Assembly (NCBI GenBank): GCA_024704765.1
Contig: JAKMXF010000332.1
Coordinates: 985,080 to 1,049,079, forward strand
Length of the DNA: 64,000 nucleotides
Reading direction: 5' to 3'
From: Oopsacas minuta
Lineage: Eukaryota > Animalia > Porifera
Positions 14,115 to 28,220 of this stretch are shown one piece after another; within the stretch, counting starts at the first letter, position 1; the number at the start of each line of letters is the position of its first letter. A model generated the notes under the pieces. That model was not told the DNA's origin and did not search any database. It worked only from the letters and a program-made list of their open reading frames with translations. The translations under genes and the position numbers were made by a program.

Positions 14115-15260
14115 TGGCAATGATGGTGCTAATGCAATGTCTGGCCATATAAGTGGCGTTCTAAGGCGTTTGAGATTACTACTTGCAAGAAGTACAATTT
14201 GTATCCACTATAGGTCCCATAAATTTCAACTTGCTGCTGTCATTACTTGTGCAGAACATGTCCAAATAATGAGGGTTTTGATAGAATGTTAACAATCTGG
14301 AAAGCTTTCCATTATTCTCCCAAGAAAGCAAAAAAACTTTCACTGATCCAAGCGAAATTCCAGTCTTCTGAGATTAAATGGTAAAACCTATTCATACTCT
14401 ATGGCTCGCACGTGAAAGAGCCGTGTGTGCTGTGGAGCGGAGTATCCCAGCACAGTACGCACATTTGAAGAGATTTATAATGAAACTTGTGATGCCGAAG
14501 CTCATGGAATTGCGACTCTCTTGTCAAAATACAAAACTGTATCTTGTATCTATATTCTATCAGATGTACTCGATACAGTTGCCAAGTTACAAGGATTTTA
14601 CCTGGGAAAGCGATTTACCTTGGAAGTGTGCAATTAATGGTCAATAGTAAACACCACCACCTGGTTCAAGAACCAATCTTTTGTTTTTACAGATGATACT
14701 CAGCTGGTGGAAAACAAATTGTGATCATGGAAGAGGAAAAAATTCAATTTCTTCAGACAATGTATCGGCCATATATACAAAGTGTGATTGACCATATCCG
14801 AAAAAGAAGGGAATGCACTTATCTAGTCTCTTCTATGTCCGTTTCGTACCCTCCCCATCTCCTAAAACCGAACCTCAACTATCACTTAACTATGGTATGG
14901 AAAAGATGCAGAAGTTAATAAATGAATATAGTGTTATACAACATGTCAACTTTGGTTGTGATGGTGGTGTCACAACCAGCATTGATAGAGAGGAAACTGA
15001 AGCAGAATGGAAATTGTTTCGCAGATAATTTTGAAGCAATTCAAGAAATGCTCTTTGCAGGATGTACTATCGAAATTGATCAATGGCGGAGACATTTCGA
15101 TTGCATTTCTAAACTTATCAAATTTAGCTGCAATAGTAGAGGCAATAGTAGAGGCCTATAGGTTTTACTAGTAACAACAGCCACTGTTGAACGTACATTT
15201 AGCAATATAAAACTAATATTAACAAGGCTCCCCAACAGGATGGGCGACGGGACAAGTGAT
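14115..15260 (+). pseudogene. hAT transposase remnant (ZMYM1-like type)
   Basis: DGANAMSGHISGV, IHY.SHKFQLA, FHYSPKKAKKL, WLARERAV and the hATC tail VTTATVERTFSNIKLILTRL; many stops and frameshifts. Confidence 0.75.
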
Positions 15261-15369
15261 TCAAGAACTTTCAACTCTTCGGCCAGAACTTTTTCTTGTG
15301 AATAGACGTCCACGTCATCCCCAAAGTCAAGGATCAGTCGAGCGGAGCAATGGTGACATGAAGACTCAA

Positions 15370-16744
15370 TTGATGGCTTGGATGCGAGATAATAATATAT
15401 CCAAATGGAGCTATGGGATCCGTTTTGTGCAATGATCTACGAACACTTCATGTCATGAAGCAATAGGAATGGAACCGTATAAAGCAATGACTGGTAACAG
15501 ACCACGTTGTGGATTGAAAATTATTCTACCAACAGATTTTTCTCGATAAAATATTTACAGGTATATTGGAGAAAGATCTTGAAATTCAAATCTGTGAAGT
15601 TGAAAACGGAGATGTTAATTCTAATAATCCAGAAACTATAGTTTCACCTGGTGATGACAATCCTGATGCTGAAAGTAATCATCTACCCCCCTCAATGGCA
15701 GAATCTTCACTGGACAATGAGAGAACTCATCTACTCCCAATGGCAGAATCTTCACTGGACAATGAGAGAACTCATCTACTCCCAATGGCAGAATCTTCCC
15801 TGGAGAATAAAAGTACTCATATATTTACATGTACCACAACTCCACTAGGTAATGACAGTACTGAAAAGATTCTTAGTGATTTAATACGAGGAAAAGATCC
15901 AGAATTGCATCGTACAAATGTTTCTAATTCTCTACTCTCGGACTTTAGAGGAAATTATACCCATCCGGCAAGACTTGCACGAATAGAAGCTTGCAAAGGT
16001 ATCCAAAAACAAGCCAAAAAAATAATTGCACGCAGTACTCGCACCCTGCGTCCTCTTCGTATCGGTGATATCGTTGCTGTGCCTGTATCCCAGTTTGATC
16101 GAAGCAAAGGTAACCCACCAAATATAATTGGGATTGTTTTGGAATTTGATCAGAGAGGTTATCAAATAGGAACTAGAACTGCAAAAATAAGAGACCGACT
16201 TGCAAGAAATCAGGTTGAATTTATCAAATTTACTGGACTGAATTCAGAACACATACCAGATGAAGAATTATCGATTCGCGAAATAGTTCGAGCACAGAGC
16301 ATATCTGGTGGTCAGGGATTTCGCAGATGTCATTGCAAGAGCAATTGTTTAACAAAACGTTGCTCTTATTAAAGGCAGAGCTAATATGCAACAGTACTTG
16401 TCATGAGAAAGGATCATGTGATAGCATAGATTAGTGCGTATTGAAAACAGACAGACTAAGTTGTTTTCTCAAGCTATTTCCTTAATATTTTCTCACTTCT
16501 TATTCATATAATTTGTTTTCTCATCATGTTTCCTCATAGAATTATAAGTACATATTCTCGAAAATCTTTAGATGAACAGCATTGCACATTTCATGAAGTG
16601 TGCAATAATTTGAAGGACCATTACATGAAATGAGTAACCAAATATCTATTCAATGAAATGGACAATACAATTGCCCATTTCACCCATTGAGCAATTTGTT
16701 TGCCCAATGCATGAAATGGGCAATTTCACGATTTCCGTGTAACA
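15370..16744 (+). mobile_element. 3' half of a Ginger-like (KRBA2/SCAND3-type integrase) transposon with its right terminus
   Basis: WMRDNNISKWSYGIRFVQ...IGMEPYKAMTG (integrase core end); ORF 15566-16372 with IGDIVAVPVSQFDR, YQIGT and a CXC-like GQGFRRCHCKSNCLTKRC. Ends ...GTGTAACA at 16744 (reverse TGTTAC) with repetitive subterminal DNA. Confidence 0.72.
15693..15825 (+). repeat. 45-bp coding tandem repeat, about 3 copies (MAESSLDNERTHLLP)
   Basis: Unit caatggcagaatcttcactggacaatgagagaactcatctactcc; two exact copies and a diverged third. Confidence 0.9.
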
Positions 16745-17265
16745 TATACATACTGTAACATTTAAATTTTACAGTAAACATATGTTGTCATTAATAGATT
16801 ATGCACCATATATCCTCGAATTTGAATTTTCAGTCTGTTTTTGAAATATCAAAGTTTAGTCTTAATTTCTACCAAAATGGCAAATATTTCAAAAAATTGG
16901 AGTGAAAATTTCAGAAAAACCAGAGCTGATGGAGAAGGACTGATTATATTTCCGGAATCAAGATAGCCCATAGCCTATGGAGGAATATATTTTGATCATG
17001 TAGCAACATCTTTTCTAAAATTCGCAAGCCAGCGTTATCAATGTAAATATGCAGTTTAGAGTTGACTCATCATTCATCCCATAAGTTTTTAACTTGAATG
17101 GGCTAATTTTTGATTTTTGCTTCAGTGCTGTTATGTTTATAATTGTTTATTTGGAAGCTTACAATATTCAGTATTTACTTTACCTACATACAGTATGCGA
17201 TTATGATAGGAGTGATAAATTCATCCAAGAGCTCGCAATATCAGGAGTATCAGAAATAATATATG

Positions 17266-17800
17266 CAGTGGAAGTCGCTTAATCGGGGCATGGATAATCA
17301 GGACATCCGCTTAAACGGGACAAAGGTTTGTGAATAGATTTTTACATAGAATAATCGTCGGATAAGTGGGACATCGAATCGGTTGATCGGGATAAAAAAT
17401 CGCGAATAACCAATTATTTCATAGTTCATAATCACTTAATCAGGTATTCTTATCCCGATTAACCGAAAATGAAAGTTCTATTCATTAATTCGGATTTTAT
17501 CCCAATTAGACGATTGTATATTTATTCAGAATCATTGTAATATGGTTTGTTTGTAGAATAGGAATTTTAATAATCTACAACCATAACAATACAACGCTGA
17601 TTCGATTGCCATTTACAAACCATGATTATATAAATTTGCTTACTGCCTATATACATCCGGATTTTGTAGAAGTGTAATAAGATATTTCTCTTTATGATCT
17701 GAGACCTTGAGAACTAGTTTCGAATACTTAATATATCATAATTGGTTAATCGGGGCAAAACATTGACTCTCGAGCTATCCCGATTAATTGGCTTCCACTG
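17266..17800 (+). mobile_element. Tc1/pogo-type MITE, copy 1
   Basis: Ends CAGTGGAAGTCGCTTAATCGGG and CCCGATTAATTGGCTTCCACTG|TA; internal cccgattaa-type repeats; no ORF. Confidence 0.8.
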
Positions 17801-17872
17801 TACTATTAAAACGTAATTAATCTGTATGTATCTACTTAAGTATATATAGTTATAATTTTATATTTATATATA

Positions 17873-18586
17873 CAGTGGAAGCCGCTAAATCGGGACAGCT
17901 CGTGAGTCAATGTTCGTCCCGATTAACCGATTATGAGTATTGAAGTATTCAAATTAGTTTTTCATTGTCACATGACCAGATATATCCTATTTCTCTATTA
18001 CTAATCCTGATATATCTAGGTTTAGTAGAGATTTGGTTGTAGTATGGGCATAGTTCCGCTTCAAGAGGTCATAGAATGCGTTACGATATATACTTAAAAA
18101 ATAAGAAAATAAAGTTTAAGTAATCATGCAAAACGTTTGGATATCCAATAGTGTGGCCATTATTGAGGGAATTATACACGGTGGAATAGCCAATGTAACC
18201 TTGAGGCGAGTGAGCAATGTTAATAATCTTAGTTTAGTAAATGGTAGTCGCATCGGTGTTGTATTGTTATAGTTGTAGAGAATATTCAAATTCCTAGTTA
18301 ACAACAAACCATTTTACAAGGATTCTGAATAAATATACAATCGTTAAATTAGGATAGAAATCCTAATGAAGCGAATACAATTAATATCCGGTTAATCGGG
18401 ATAAGAAATCCTGAATAACCGATTATGAACTTACAAATATTCGGGTAATCGGGATAAAATCCTGATTAACCGATTCGATATCCCAATTATCCGACGATTA
18501 TTCTATGTAAAAATCTGTTCCCAAACCATTGTCCCGTTTAAGCGGATGTCCTGACTATCCAGGCCTCGAGTAAGCGGCTTCCACTG
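17873..18586 (-). mobile_element. Tc1/pogo-type MITE, copy 2, inverted relative to copy 1
   Basis: TA|CAGTGGAAGCCGCT...AGCGGCTTCCACTG|TA. The reverse complement of 18240-18586 aligns with 17266-17620. Confidence 0.82.
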
Positions 18587-21475
18587 TATATGTATATGTA
18601 CGTTCTCATACAAAAGTGTTCGTAAATCAAAAAAATAATTGTTCTTAACATAATTTTCACCATCCCTGACAGGGCTCGCTCAAAGGTGTCTGTGACCCTT
18701 TTAAGGCAAGCGAAGTACCTATCGGTTGGCTTGTCCATAATGTTAATTCTCTGAAAGATTGGGCCTAAATTAATTACCATAATATTAGGGGAAATGAAAA
18801 TGAACTGATACTGATGACAGAGAACGATGAAGGGCTGTGAAGTCGTTTAACGCCTTATTATATTTTTATTAAACTCACATATTTGGTCACAGAGGGTGTG
18901 TAATTCTACCTGCGAAAAGTAGAGTGATGACCATAAAATTGTTTGAATCATTCAGAGAATTCAATCTTTTTCCTCGTCTACGCATCTTTGGCATCTACTC
19001 AGTGAATATATTTAATTCCTCAAGATAAATTTTGTGGAATTCGCTGAGAAAGTAAAAATAATGGTATTAAATCTATACGATGCCAACTTGTTCCTAGCGC
19101 ATGTTCCTAGCGCATAGCAGGAACTATCGGAAGGAGAAATGCTTACTGTGGGATTCCACACTAGGTAGGCTCTATACACAAACATACAGTTATGAAAGAT
19201 TAAAGCAATATTTAATTCCTTATGTTCTTGTATAAAATCCTGTTTCTGATAAATTTCAGCGACGTCGTGTTCTAAAGGGTGGAGTGGCAGGGTCACTCAG
19301 ATATTTCATATGGCTTTAGAGATTGAAAATTTTGTGTCTTGATATACATGATGATTACATCATGGATATACTTCCGTCTTTAGTCGTTATAGACCTGGGC
19401 ACCAACAATTACTAGAGCCTTTCTACCCGAAAAGATGTCAAGATTAATAAACAACTTTAATTGAAAAGGTTCTTGCTGATATAACGAGTTTCAATTGGAA
19501 TTTTGCGAACTTTAGCTCCTGCAAAATGATCTATCAAATCATCAAATCGATGCAATCAACTATGTTTTACAAATCAATATTTCATGATGTTTAGATTGGG
19601 ACACTGGATTAGTCCTAACTGGTTTGGGAAATTGCGATAAACCGAGTCATTTGATTTTATCCTATAACTGTGTCACTGGATTCTGTCCTAAAGATCACTG
19701 GAATTTGTCCTAAATCCGAGTTTAAGACAAGTTCCAGCTGTTCCTAACGTATACAATTAGCAACAATTCTTCTCATCAGAAAGATGTAGGTCCCATAGTG
19801 GTAGGCCTGGGCAAGTGCCCAGTTTGACAATTTTTTCAGAGGCATTGTAGGTGTATACCCAGCCCTTTTTGCATCTTCAACAATTTATTTTCCCTATCTA
19901 AGCTTATTGCAACTCTATTAAGTAGAACCATTTGTGAAGATACTTGTTGATTACGTAATGTATAGTTACAGTCCTCTGATGCTAATCCGATGAAATCAAT
20001 ATCGAAAGTCCTTAAGATCATTTGCATAGAATTTTGGATTAATCACATGAAATAGTATTCGTTAGAAATGAATAGTATTTATACTTTTATGATGAATATA
20101 GTATATTATGTTGCGAGAAGATTCTTGGAACATCTATAGATATATCCAATGTATAGTTCGGAGTATACTAGTATGTATAATTATTTGAGATGTAGTTAGA
20201 TAAATGTTCATTGACAAATGTTCTTATATACTAAGGCAATGGACATTTAAATTTAGGCCACAGACAGTGATATAAAGTAATGAATATATATAGGAATCCT
20301 ATCAATTCCTATACAGTTGATATTTCTTATGACAACATTGGTTATAAGAATATATCAAATATTTGAACCATCCTCTTGGAAACGGTTCTTAGGTATAAGT
20401 CATGCCGATTATAGGAACATATCGATTATAAAACCTATTTTGCTACTCCCAATGGTAATCTTATAAGCTATAACCACTGTAGAGCTAAAATGGTGCACTT
20501 CTTCCGAACAAATGCATTAGTGAAATTTAATAATACGGACAATCCAGATAGAGAAAATTTCCAGGACGAAATGACGTCACCGGCTCATCACATTCTCTCT
20601 AGGCATAAAATTATTGAATATACCAAAGAATAACCCTTAAATTTGTAAAAAATACCAATAACATCCTTCCGAACGGGGCAAAACTTTGTGGACCGGTGGG
20701 GATGGGGAACAAGTATATTACTTTACTTATCACTACAATTATTTGATATTTTCTTTGAAAACATCCTAAGATCTCATTGTAAAATTCGAAATTGTAGATG
20801 CAATAATCTTATCTTCAGAACTTCAAATTGAGGCATTTTGGGGAATGCAATTATCTAGTCAACAATCTGGTGAAGTCATTTCATCCTGAATATTTTTGTA
20901 TTCATTTATTGGGCCTATTAATTATTTCACACTTTACATTTTGTAATTGTTTTGCCATCATACGTTTATGAAATCAACACATGTAAGAAGATGGAGCTTC
21001 AGTTAAATTGACTGATTCTAATGAGATATTGTGTCAGGGGTTTCCCCACTTGAGCGAAACTCATTTGAGCAAAACCCACTTGAGTGAATCCATATCACAA
21101 TGTTAATTATCTTCATTCATCGATATACCTATGTCCCTACCACCTATTTCAAAGTGACACAATTTATATTTAGCTCTAATCCAACCGAAAATGTTTGATT
21201 CTGAGAAAAATGTTTCTTAGGAAATTGACTTAAGCAGTAATTCACATCTGATCTGTATACATTATTTGATTTGTCAAATAAGAATGGTAACCTATGCCTT
21301 ATTGCTCTATATATTTTTGGTCCTGAGGTAATTAGTTTTTGATACGAAAAGATCATTATTTAATCGATAAAGTCATATTTGTATATTTTGATGATATCAT
21401 TATTGCACATTTGAATTATACAATTATTGTGATTATTTTAGACGTTTCTTTTAGTTGATAAATATACCTAAATAC

Positions 21476-21820
21476 AGTCGAACTTGCCTATATCGGCATG
21501 AAGGGACTGACCAAAAAGTGGCAGTTATGTACAAGTGGCCGCTATAGAGAAGTTAACCGTTGTGTGCTAATGTGGTAGTAACTTTATGTTAATGGTGGTG
21601 ATATAGAGAAGTTGTCATTAAGACAAGTGACCGACATTTACGAGAATATAGTGGAAGTAGTTAATCATAGCCACCCATGGGACTTGTCAAATGTAGACAT
21701 TATAGTAAGCGACCACTATATAGAGTAACCACTAGATAAAGGAACTGGCCGTTATACAGAGTTTTCTGCTATGTGCAGGTGACCGTTGTACAGAAATGGC
21801 CGTTGAACAGGTTCCTCTCT
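21476..21820. mobile_element. Possible pogo/Tigger-type MITE remnant
   Basis: Starts TA|CAGTCGAACTTGCC and contains repeated (g)accg(c/t)tata motifs; right end poorly conserved. Confidence 0.4.
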
Positions 21821-23252
21821 AGATCATAATTCAAGTATATAACTATGGTATTTCAAATGCTTATATGATGATATTTGCGAATCTTGGCAACAGTGTGCTG
21901 TGAACATATAATAAATACGTATGTTACTCCTAGTTTTTACTACAGAATTCTTTAACTTGTAAAATTAATGATTTCATTGAAGTTCACAAATTTGGTATTT
22001 GAGTCTGATAATATACGTACCTTAATGTGTAAATTCTACGTCCCTGAAGTTTAATAACAGTCTTTAGATTTTGCACAAAGAGGTGAAAATAAGATTAATC
22101 ACAGGATAAATATTTCTATATATACAAAATAAAGTTTAACAAGAATAGAATTGCATTCTACAATCGATACTAATACATTACAGTTGTAATATAACCTTTT
22201 CATTACTAAGCTAAAACTACAGCCTGGTCTTTATAGTGGAGTAATTTTGGGCCTTTTTAGACCCATTTTGCCGTAGTTGCCATATAGAGGTCTCTCTTAC
22301 TTTGAAAAAGAGCCCTTTTGGGCTTTCTTCAAACGTGAGAGAGCTTCGCCCTCTCAGTTTTGTGGAAAATTACTTCCCTTTCAAAATTTCCAAGTAACTC
22401 CTCATATAGCAAATTTTATCGAAAAATCCTGCGTGACTAAATTCAAGAAGGTTCATTGAATTTAACCATATTTTGCAATTTAGACACAAAATTCATCACA
22501 CTTCGGTCCACTCAATTATGACTATAACACTCGGGAAATTTGAAATTTTCCCAATATTCGACGCAATATTCACCAAATATTCTATTTGCACCTACTCTAT
22601 CTATCAATTTTCTTAAAATATCCCAAAAATATGAACGTAACTTAAGCCACTAAATAGTGGTATTGTATTGTTGCCATCAGAATTATCAACATTCATTGAT
22701 GATTTATTTTTTTATCTATTATCGTGTTTTTACGAAACTCAGGCAGTGGAGGGCTTTTTTCAATGTATTTTGTCAAGTAAAGGCCCCCAAAGTATTACAT
22801 TGCTGAATGACACAATATTCACAAATACTAAGCTAATTACCCATGTATCAAATTTATGTGTATTTTTTCGATAATTGCAAATTAATTGACATCTATAAGT
22901 TGTTAATTTAAGATTGGAATATGCTGAGTTATCATATAATGTTGCTATATTCGCTGGTTGTCGAGGAAGTGGTTTCCTGAATATACCTTGTGACCCTTAA
23001 AACTCAGGAATTCATCGTTTATCTCGAAAATTATCATTTCAAGAACAAAAGCCTATTTTAAATTGTAATAATAATACAGATATTTACGAACATTGTTGGG
23101 GACCGGCGATCCTTAAGGTAAATCGATATTTTGGGGAATATTCAACCACAGCATCATATATTGGAATCTCTTTTTAGTGAACCTCAATATGTATGCGGAA
23201 CAAGAATATGTATCCAGAAGGTGTTCACTATAGTGAAGTTGGATTGTATATA

Positions 23253-24609
23253 CAGTTTGTCAAGGTGAAATTGAGACATTCGTGTAATTGTGTATCTTCA
23301 TAATTTTTTCATTTGCTATGGCTAGATATGAAACGCATTTGTTTCCTGATTCATTTTACATGTATATCACGTCACCATTAGTTAATTGATTCTAGAATAC
23401 ACGAACAACCTATCAGTCTGTCACTTAGCATACACATTCCCGAAAATATCTGCTATATTTCCATAGACAGCTCCAATAACAGTTTTTGGCACATATTTGT
23501 CTCTTGTGTCGAAATACGTAATCAGGGTGGTGGAGTTAGAAAGAAGAAGCCTCATCCGAAAATTATTCGATGTGGGGGGTTATAAGTGGTAGCGAAATAC
23601 ATCAGCGAACAGCTATCCCGAGGAGCACTGTTTTCCGCATATTAGCCAAATTTCGTCAGGGCGGCAATATACAGAGGAAATCTGGAATCGGGAAACAGAG
23701 AATATAACATGTGAACGATGCTAGATCTCTTGTAAGCTTGGCAAATCAGAATCGCAAGATGTCCTTAAGAAAATTGGCTACTCGATTCAATCATCTTCGT
23801 CAGTAGAGTTTATCCCATGAAACGGTCAGGAATGAATTACAAAGGAGAGGGTACACCCACAAAGTTGCAAGGAGTATTCCTATGCTAACGGATTGACACA
23901 AACAACAAAGAGTATTGTGGGCTAAAAATAACAAACAAACTGATTGCGAGCGAGTAGCTTTTAGCGATGAGATGTCAATTTGGCTAGCTGGTAGCAGTAT
24001 AAGACTATGGTGCAAAGGGTACCAACAAGTGGTCAAGCAAAGCAACAAACAAAGTCTAAAATTACATGTTTGGGGAGCAATTTTTCTTCATGGGACCTTT
24101 CCGTTGAAGGTTTTTAGGCAGAACCTCAACGGAGAATTATATACGAACATCCTAAACTAGTGTCTGATTACACAAGCTCAGGTATTGTACCCTGATGGCT
24201 GGCCCTTTCAGAAAGATAACGATCCAAACACAAGTCAAAGTTGCTAAGACTTTCCGTGATAGTCATGATATATTTCGTATGGAATGGCCTGCTTGTAGCC
24301 CAGATCTAAACCCGATCGAAAATTTATGGGCTTGGATCAAACATCAGATCCATTTGAACCCTTCTCGTAATCTTAGTGGACTTGAAGAAACACTTCTCCC
24401 TATTTAGGATTGTATAGAACCTGAATTTTAGAGACCTTATTGGCAATCTATGCCAAAACGTCGAAGTTAGTGATCCAGAGTAATGGCTTTAAGCTCAAAT
24501 ATTAGTCTATAGACATGTTGTAATACATCAACTCGTATTTCGAGGCTTGTGATGATAATCTTTTAGAACTTAGGTTACACCATGGTCTCAATTTCATCTT
24601 GACACACTG
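23253..24609 (+). mobile_element. Decayed Tc1 element
   Basis: TA-flanked TIRs CAGT(T/G)TGTCAAG(G/A)TGAAATTGAGAC; FSDEMSIW, HVWGAI and QKDNDP...CSPDLNPIENLW, with frameshifts. Confidence 0.88.
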
Positions 24610-25689
24610 TATAATTATATTCGCAAAGCGTACAGAAAGAATAATTCATTTTTGGGATTTGCAAATCCTAAGCATGAAAGAGATCCTAAGAATTTCTTTT
24701 TCAGCACTATAACTAAAATCATTCGTTCCCATTCTTTGGATACATTTTTTATTTTTTGAGGTGTTTTATTGGACAACTAGTATGCATTGAAAGTACTGCG
24801 CTTCGGCACTAGGCTACTTGCCTCTTGTTCATATAATCGAGGAAAATTTTGAAAATGTCCTCCATTTTGCATCCAAAAAATTATTATTTTATCCTACTCT
24901 CATCAAATCAAAGGAATTTCTTTTTCAATATTCATTTCAGCACTATATTCATTGATAAATTTCAAAATTATATAAATTTATTTTTATACAATCTTGATAA
25001 CGGAGTAATTCCATTCTATGATTCCATTTGGCCAAAGTTATGCCGTCGATACATCATCGTCTTGCATATTGAGAAGTATATTTCCTTCCCATTTCAACCA
25101 TATAACATCTACATTGCCTGAGCAGTGTGCACTAAAATGTGCTATTTCTAAATCCCGAAAGTTGATAATTAGTCATAATTTTCCATAGGTAGAATGGTCT
25201 ACCAAGACTCCAAGATATGCGAGCCTGAAAATATATACCGCCGTATGCCAGAAGTAACCCTGGAGATCTTCCTGTATCCAATCATTTTACGATATCTGAT
25301 GTGTGATTAATAAGTTCCTGACCTGATATAGAAACACTTCGGACAGTAACTTTAATTCTGTACATTAAGACTTTGTATACTTGCAACCTATTAAGCTGCA
25401 AATCGATGTGTATTTTTGTTCGATATATTTATCTAGATAGGTCTGAGTTATGATAGAGAATGGATACCTTTTGAGATCTGGCATGAATATCAATATCAAC
25501 CCACAAAAGAACAATAGTGAAATATAATGAGCATTACTTGTTTGTCCAGCATTCTATATTCGTTACTTATATAGGTTAAGGTAAATACTATGGTTATACG
25601 ATTGAATATGGTGAGTCATAGTGAGTCATGATATTCAAGTTTATCCATTCTCTAGTCTACTATAACACAGACCTGTCTACATAAATATA

Positions 25690-28220
25690 TCATCTAAAAA
25701 CAATGGAACTCAAACTTTTGACTCCATAATAGCTTCGAAAGTATAAAAAGTATTAATGACTACACACGAATTAGAATTGAAGGTAAATCCAGACCTATTC
25801 TTGTCAAATTGGATTATAAGTTTATTAAAGAAAAGGTTGTATCAAATGTTGAAACTGATCTAAGAAACACATATTCACCAAAACCTATACCAGTAATATA
25901 TTCAAATTCAATGTTTCATGTACCTAATTATACATATGCTAGAGGGAGCAATCCAAAACACTTAATTACTATTTCACTCGCCAAAGAATAAGAAATTGTA
26001 TTTGCTTCAGCTACATTTGCTTGTTGGAATGCACACTCATTGAATAACAAAATAGCCTACACTATTGTTATTATTCTTCCAAATCACAATGATGTCGTTT
26101 GCTTAACTGAAACCTTGGTTAAAGCTAAAGACCCATATCCTATATATATCCTAATGAACACGCTGCCTGAGTATCGAATTAAAGGTCTGCCTAGATCAAC
26201 AATAGGCGGTGGTCTAGTTGTACTGCTTCGTAAAATATTCACTACTAAACTCAGTCATATACCCAAGTTTCATACTTTTAAGCATCTTGAGCTTACTATT
26301 TATGTGAGAATAAGGCAATGGTGTGAATTTTTATATATCGTCCGTCTCCTTCTAAAAAGAATACATTCACTATCTCTCAAGTTCGAACTGATTTCTCCAC
26401 TTTTACTGAAATACTAGTCTGCCCCTATACATTTTAATGGCAGTAGATTTTCATTTTCAGTTTGATTAAGTTCGTCAGACAGATGCATTTAATTTTCTGA
26501 CCTGTTAAATGATTTGCTTCAAGTAGCTCAGATTGAATATTATCAGATGAAGATAAATCATTGCCTAAACGATTGTCTTTTCAAACTGTTAAATTCATTA
26601 TTTTTGGTGGTAAGAAAAGACAAAAGGATACATTTCCAATGCACTCGTTTCTATATGACTTGGAGAATCGAGAATACATGACTCTCTGTGTAACTTTGCT
26701 GACTTCGCATGTGATTGAATGGATCCAAATCGTGGTCGTCTGCTATGACAAAATTCGAATATCTTCAACTCTGAAGTATTACTCAAAATCAAGGTTAAAA
26801 CCGATCGGACTGAATATCAGTATTCATGAATGGTTGCTTGACCGAATACTGATATTATTCGGTTATATCAGCCGATTACTACTGATAATATTCGGTTTGG
26901 CCCAACCAAATATTGAACTATTCGGTTGCAACCTTGCTCAAAATTATCAATGAAACATCTAATGATACATCATACTTTAGCCCGTTTCGGATTTTAATTT
27001 TCAACAATGTATGCACCCTCTTTTTCTCCAAATTTCTCAACTGGGGTTCATCTACTCTGCATAGACATCATTACTTTTTCCAGGTATTCAGAAACCCTAT
27101 TTTGACTCAGAAAATCTTTCAAACTATCGACAAGTTTCTACTCTTTCTTTTATATCTAAGTTCATTTATCGCGTAGTTAAATATATATTCACAAGAAAAT
27201 AACCTTTATTCAATTCAACAATCTGTATACCGTCCTAACCACTCCACCTGATCGCATACAAACTCTCATAATCTCTAAAGTAATGTCTCATTGATATACT
27301 TTACCTTGGGGTGTTCCACAAGGTTCTGTACTTGGACAGCTTCTTTTCTTATTATATATTTCACACATCCAGGAAATTCCATATTTTCACCAATTTGACA
27401 TAATAATCTAGGCTGATGACACCCAATTTATACAACCCTCAGCTATGATCCATGTAGTTGGAAACAAATACTATAATATGCATAAATGATTTTCTGATAT
27501 GGTACAAATAATCTCTTATTATGTAATTTCCTCAATTTCGGACAAATATTTCAAAAGTGAATTTATTTAATTTATGTATTGACGGACATTATATCAAGTA
27601 AGCTAATTATGTTAAGGATCTTGGTGTCGTATTGGAATCTAATCTTGATTTAAAGAACACATTTCTAATATCTGCTGTTCTGCATCAATAGCTCTCTAGA
27701 AATTGTCCAATAAACAATATCTTGGTTGAGGAAAATTTGAACGTATTGTTCATGCATTTATTTCTTGTAAACTTGATTATCGTAATTCTATTCTTTCTGG
27801 GATTATTGTCTTTGAGATTCAAAAGATTCAACGAATCCAAATGCATCTGCACGACTGATTATTAATGCAATTAATTTGATCATATTACTCCTATTTCTGC
27901 GAGCTCCATTGGCTAACTATACAAAAGAGGACTATATACAAAATACCGTTGCTAACAAATATATCTCTCAATTTTCATTCCCCGATTTATCTATATGACT
28001 TACTTCAGCTTCAGCAAGAGATCAATCCAGATAAAAATCTCAAATACAGTATAATGAACAATCTGTATATAAAGATACCAAACAAGATATTCTATGGTGG
28101 AAAGGTGTACTCCATAATTTCTCCTAATCTTTGGACCTCTATTCGAGTTTTTATTAGGAAAGCAGCTTCAGTAAATATTTCAAGAATAACTTAAAAACGT
28201 ACTTATTCTCTATTGATGAT
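25690..28220 (+). mobile_element. Heavily decayed L2/CR1-like LINE (ORF1 fragment, APE endonuclease, RT)
   Basis: RPILVKL (ORF1-like); FACWNAHSLNNK, DVVCLTET and GGGLVVL (APE); GVPQGSVLG, ADDTQ, VKDLGV, IVHAFISCKLDY and ELHWL (RT and tail). Confidence 0.78.
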
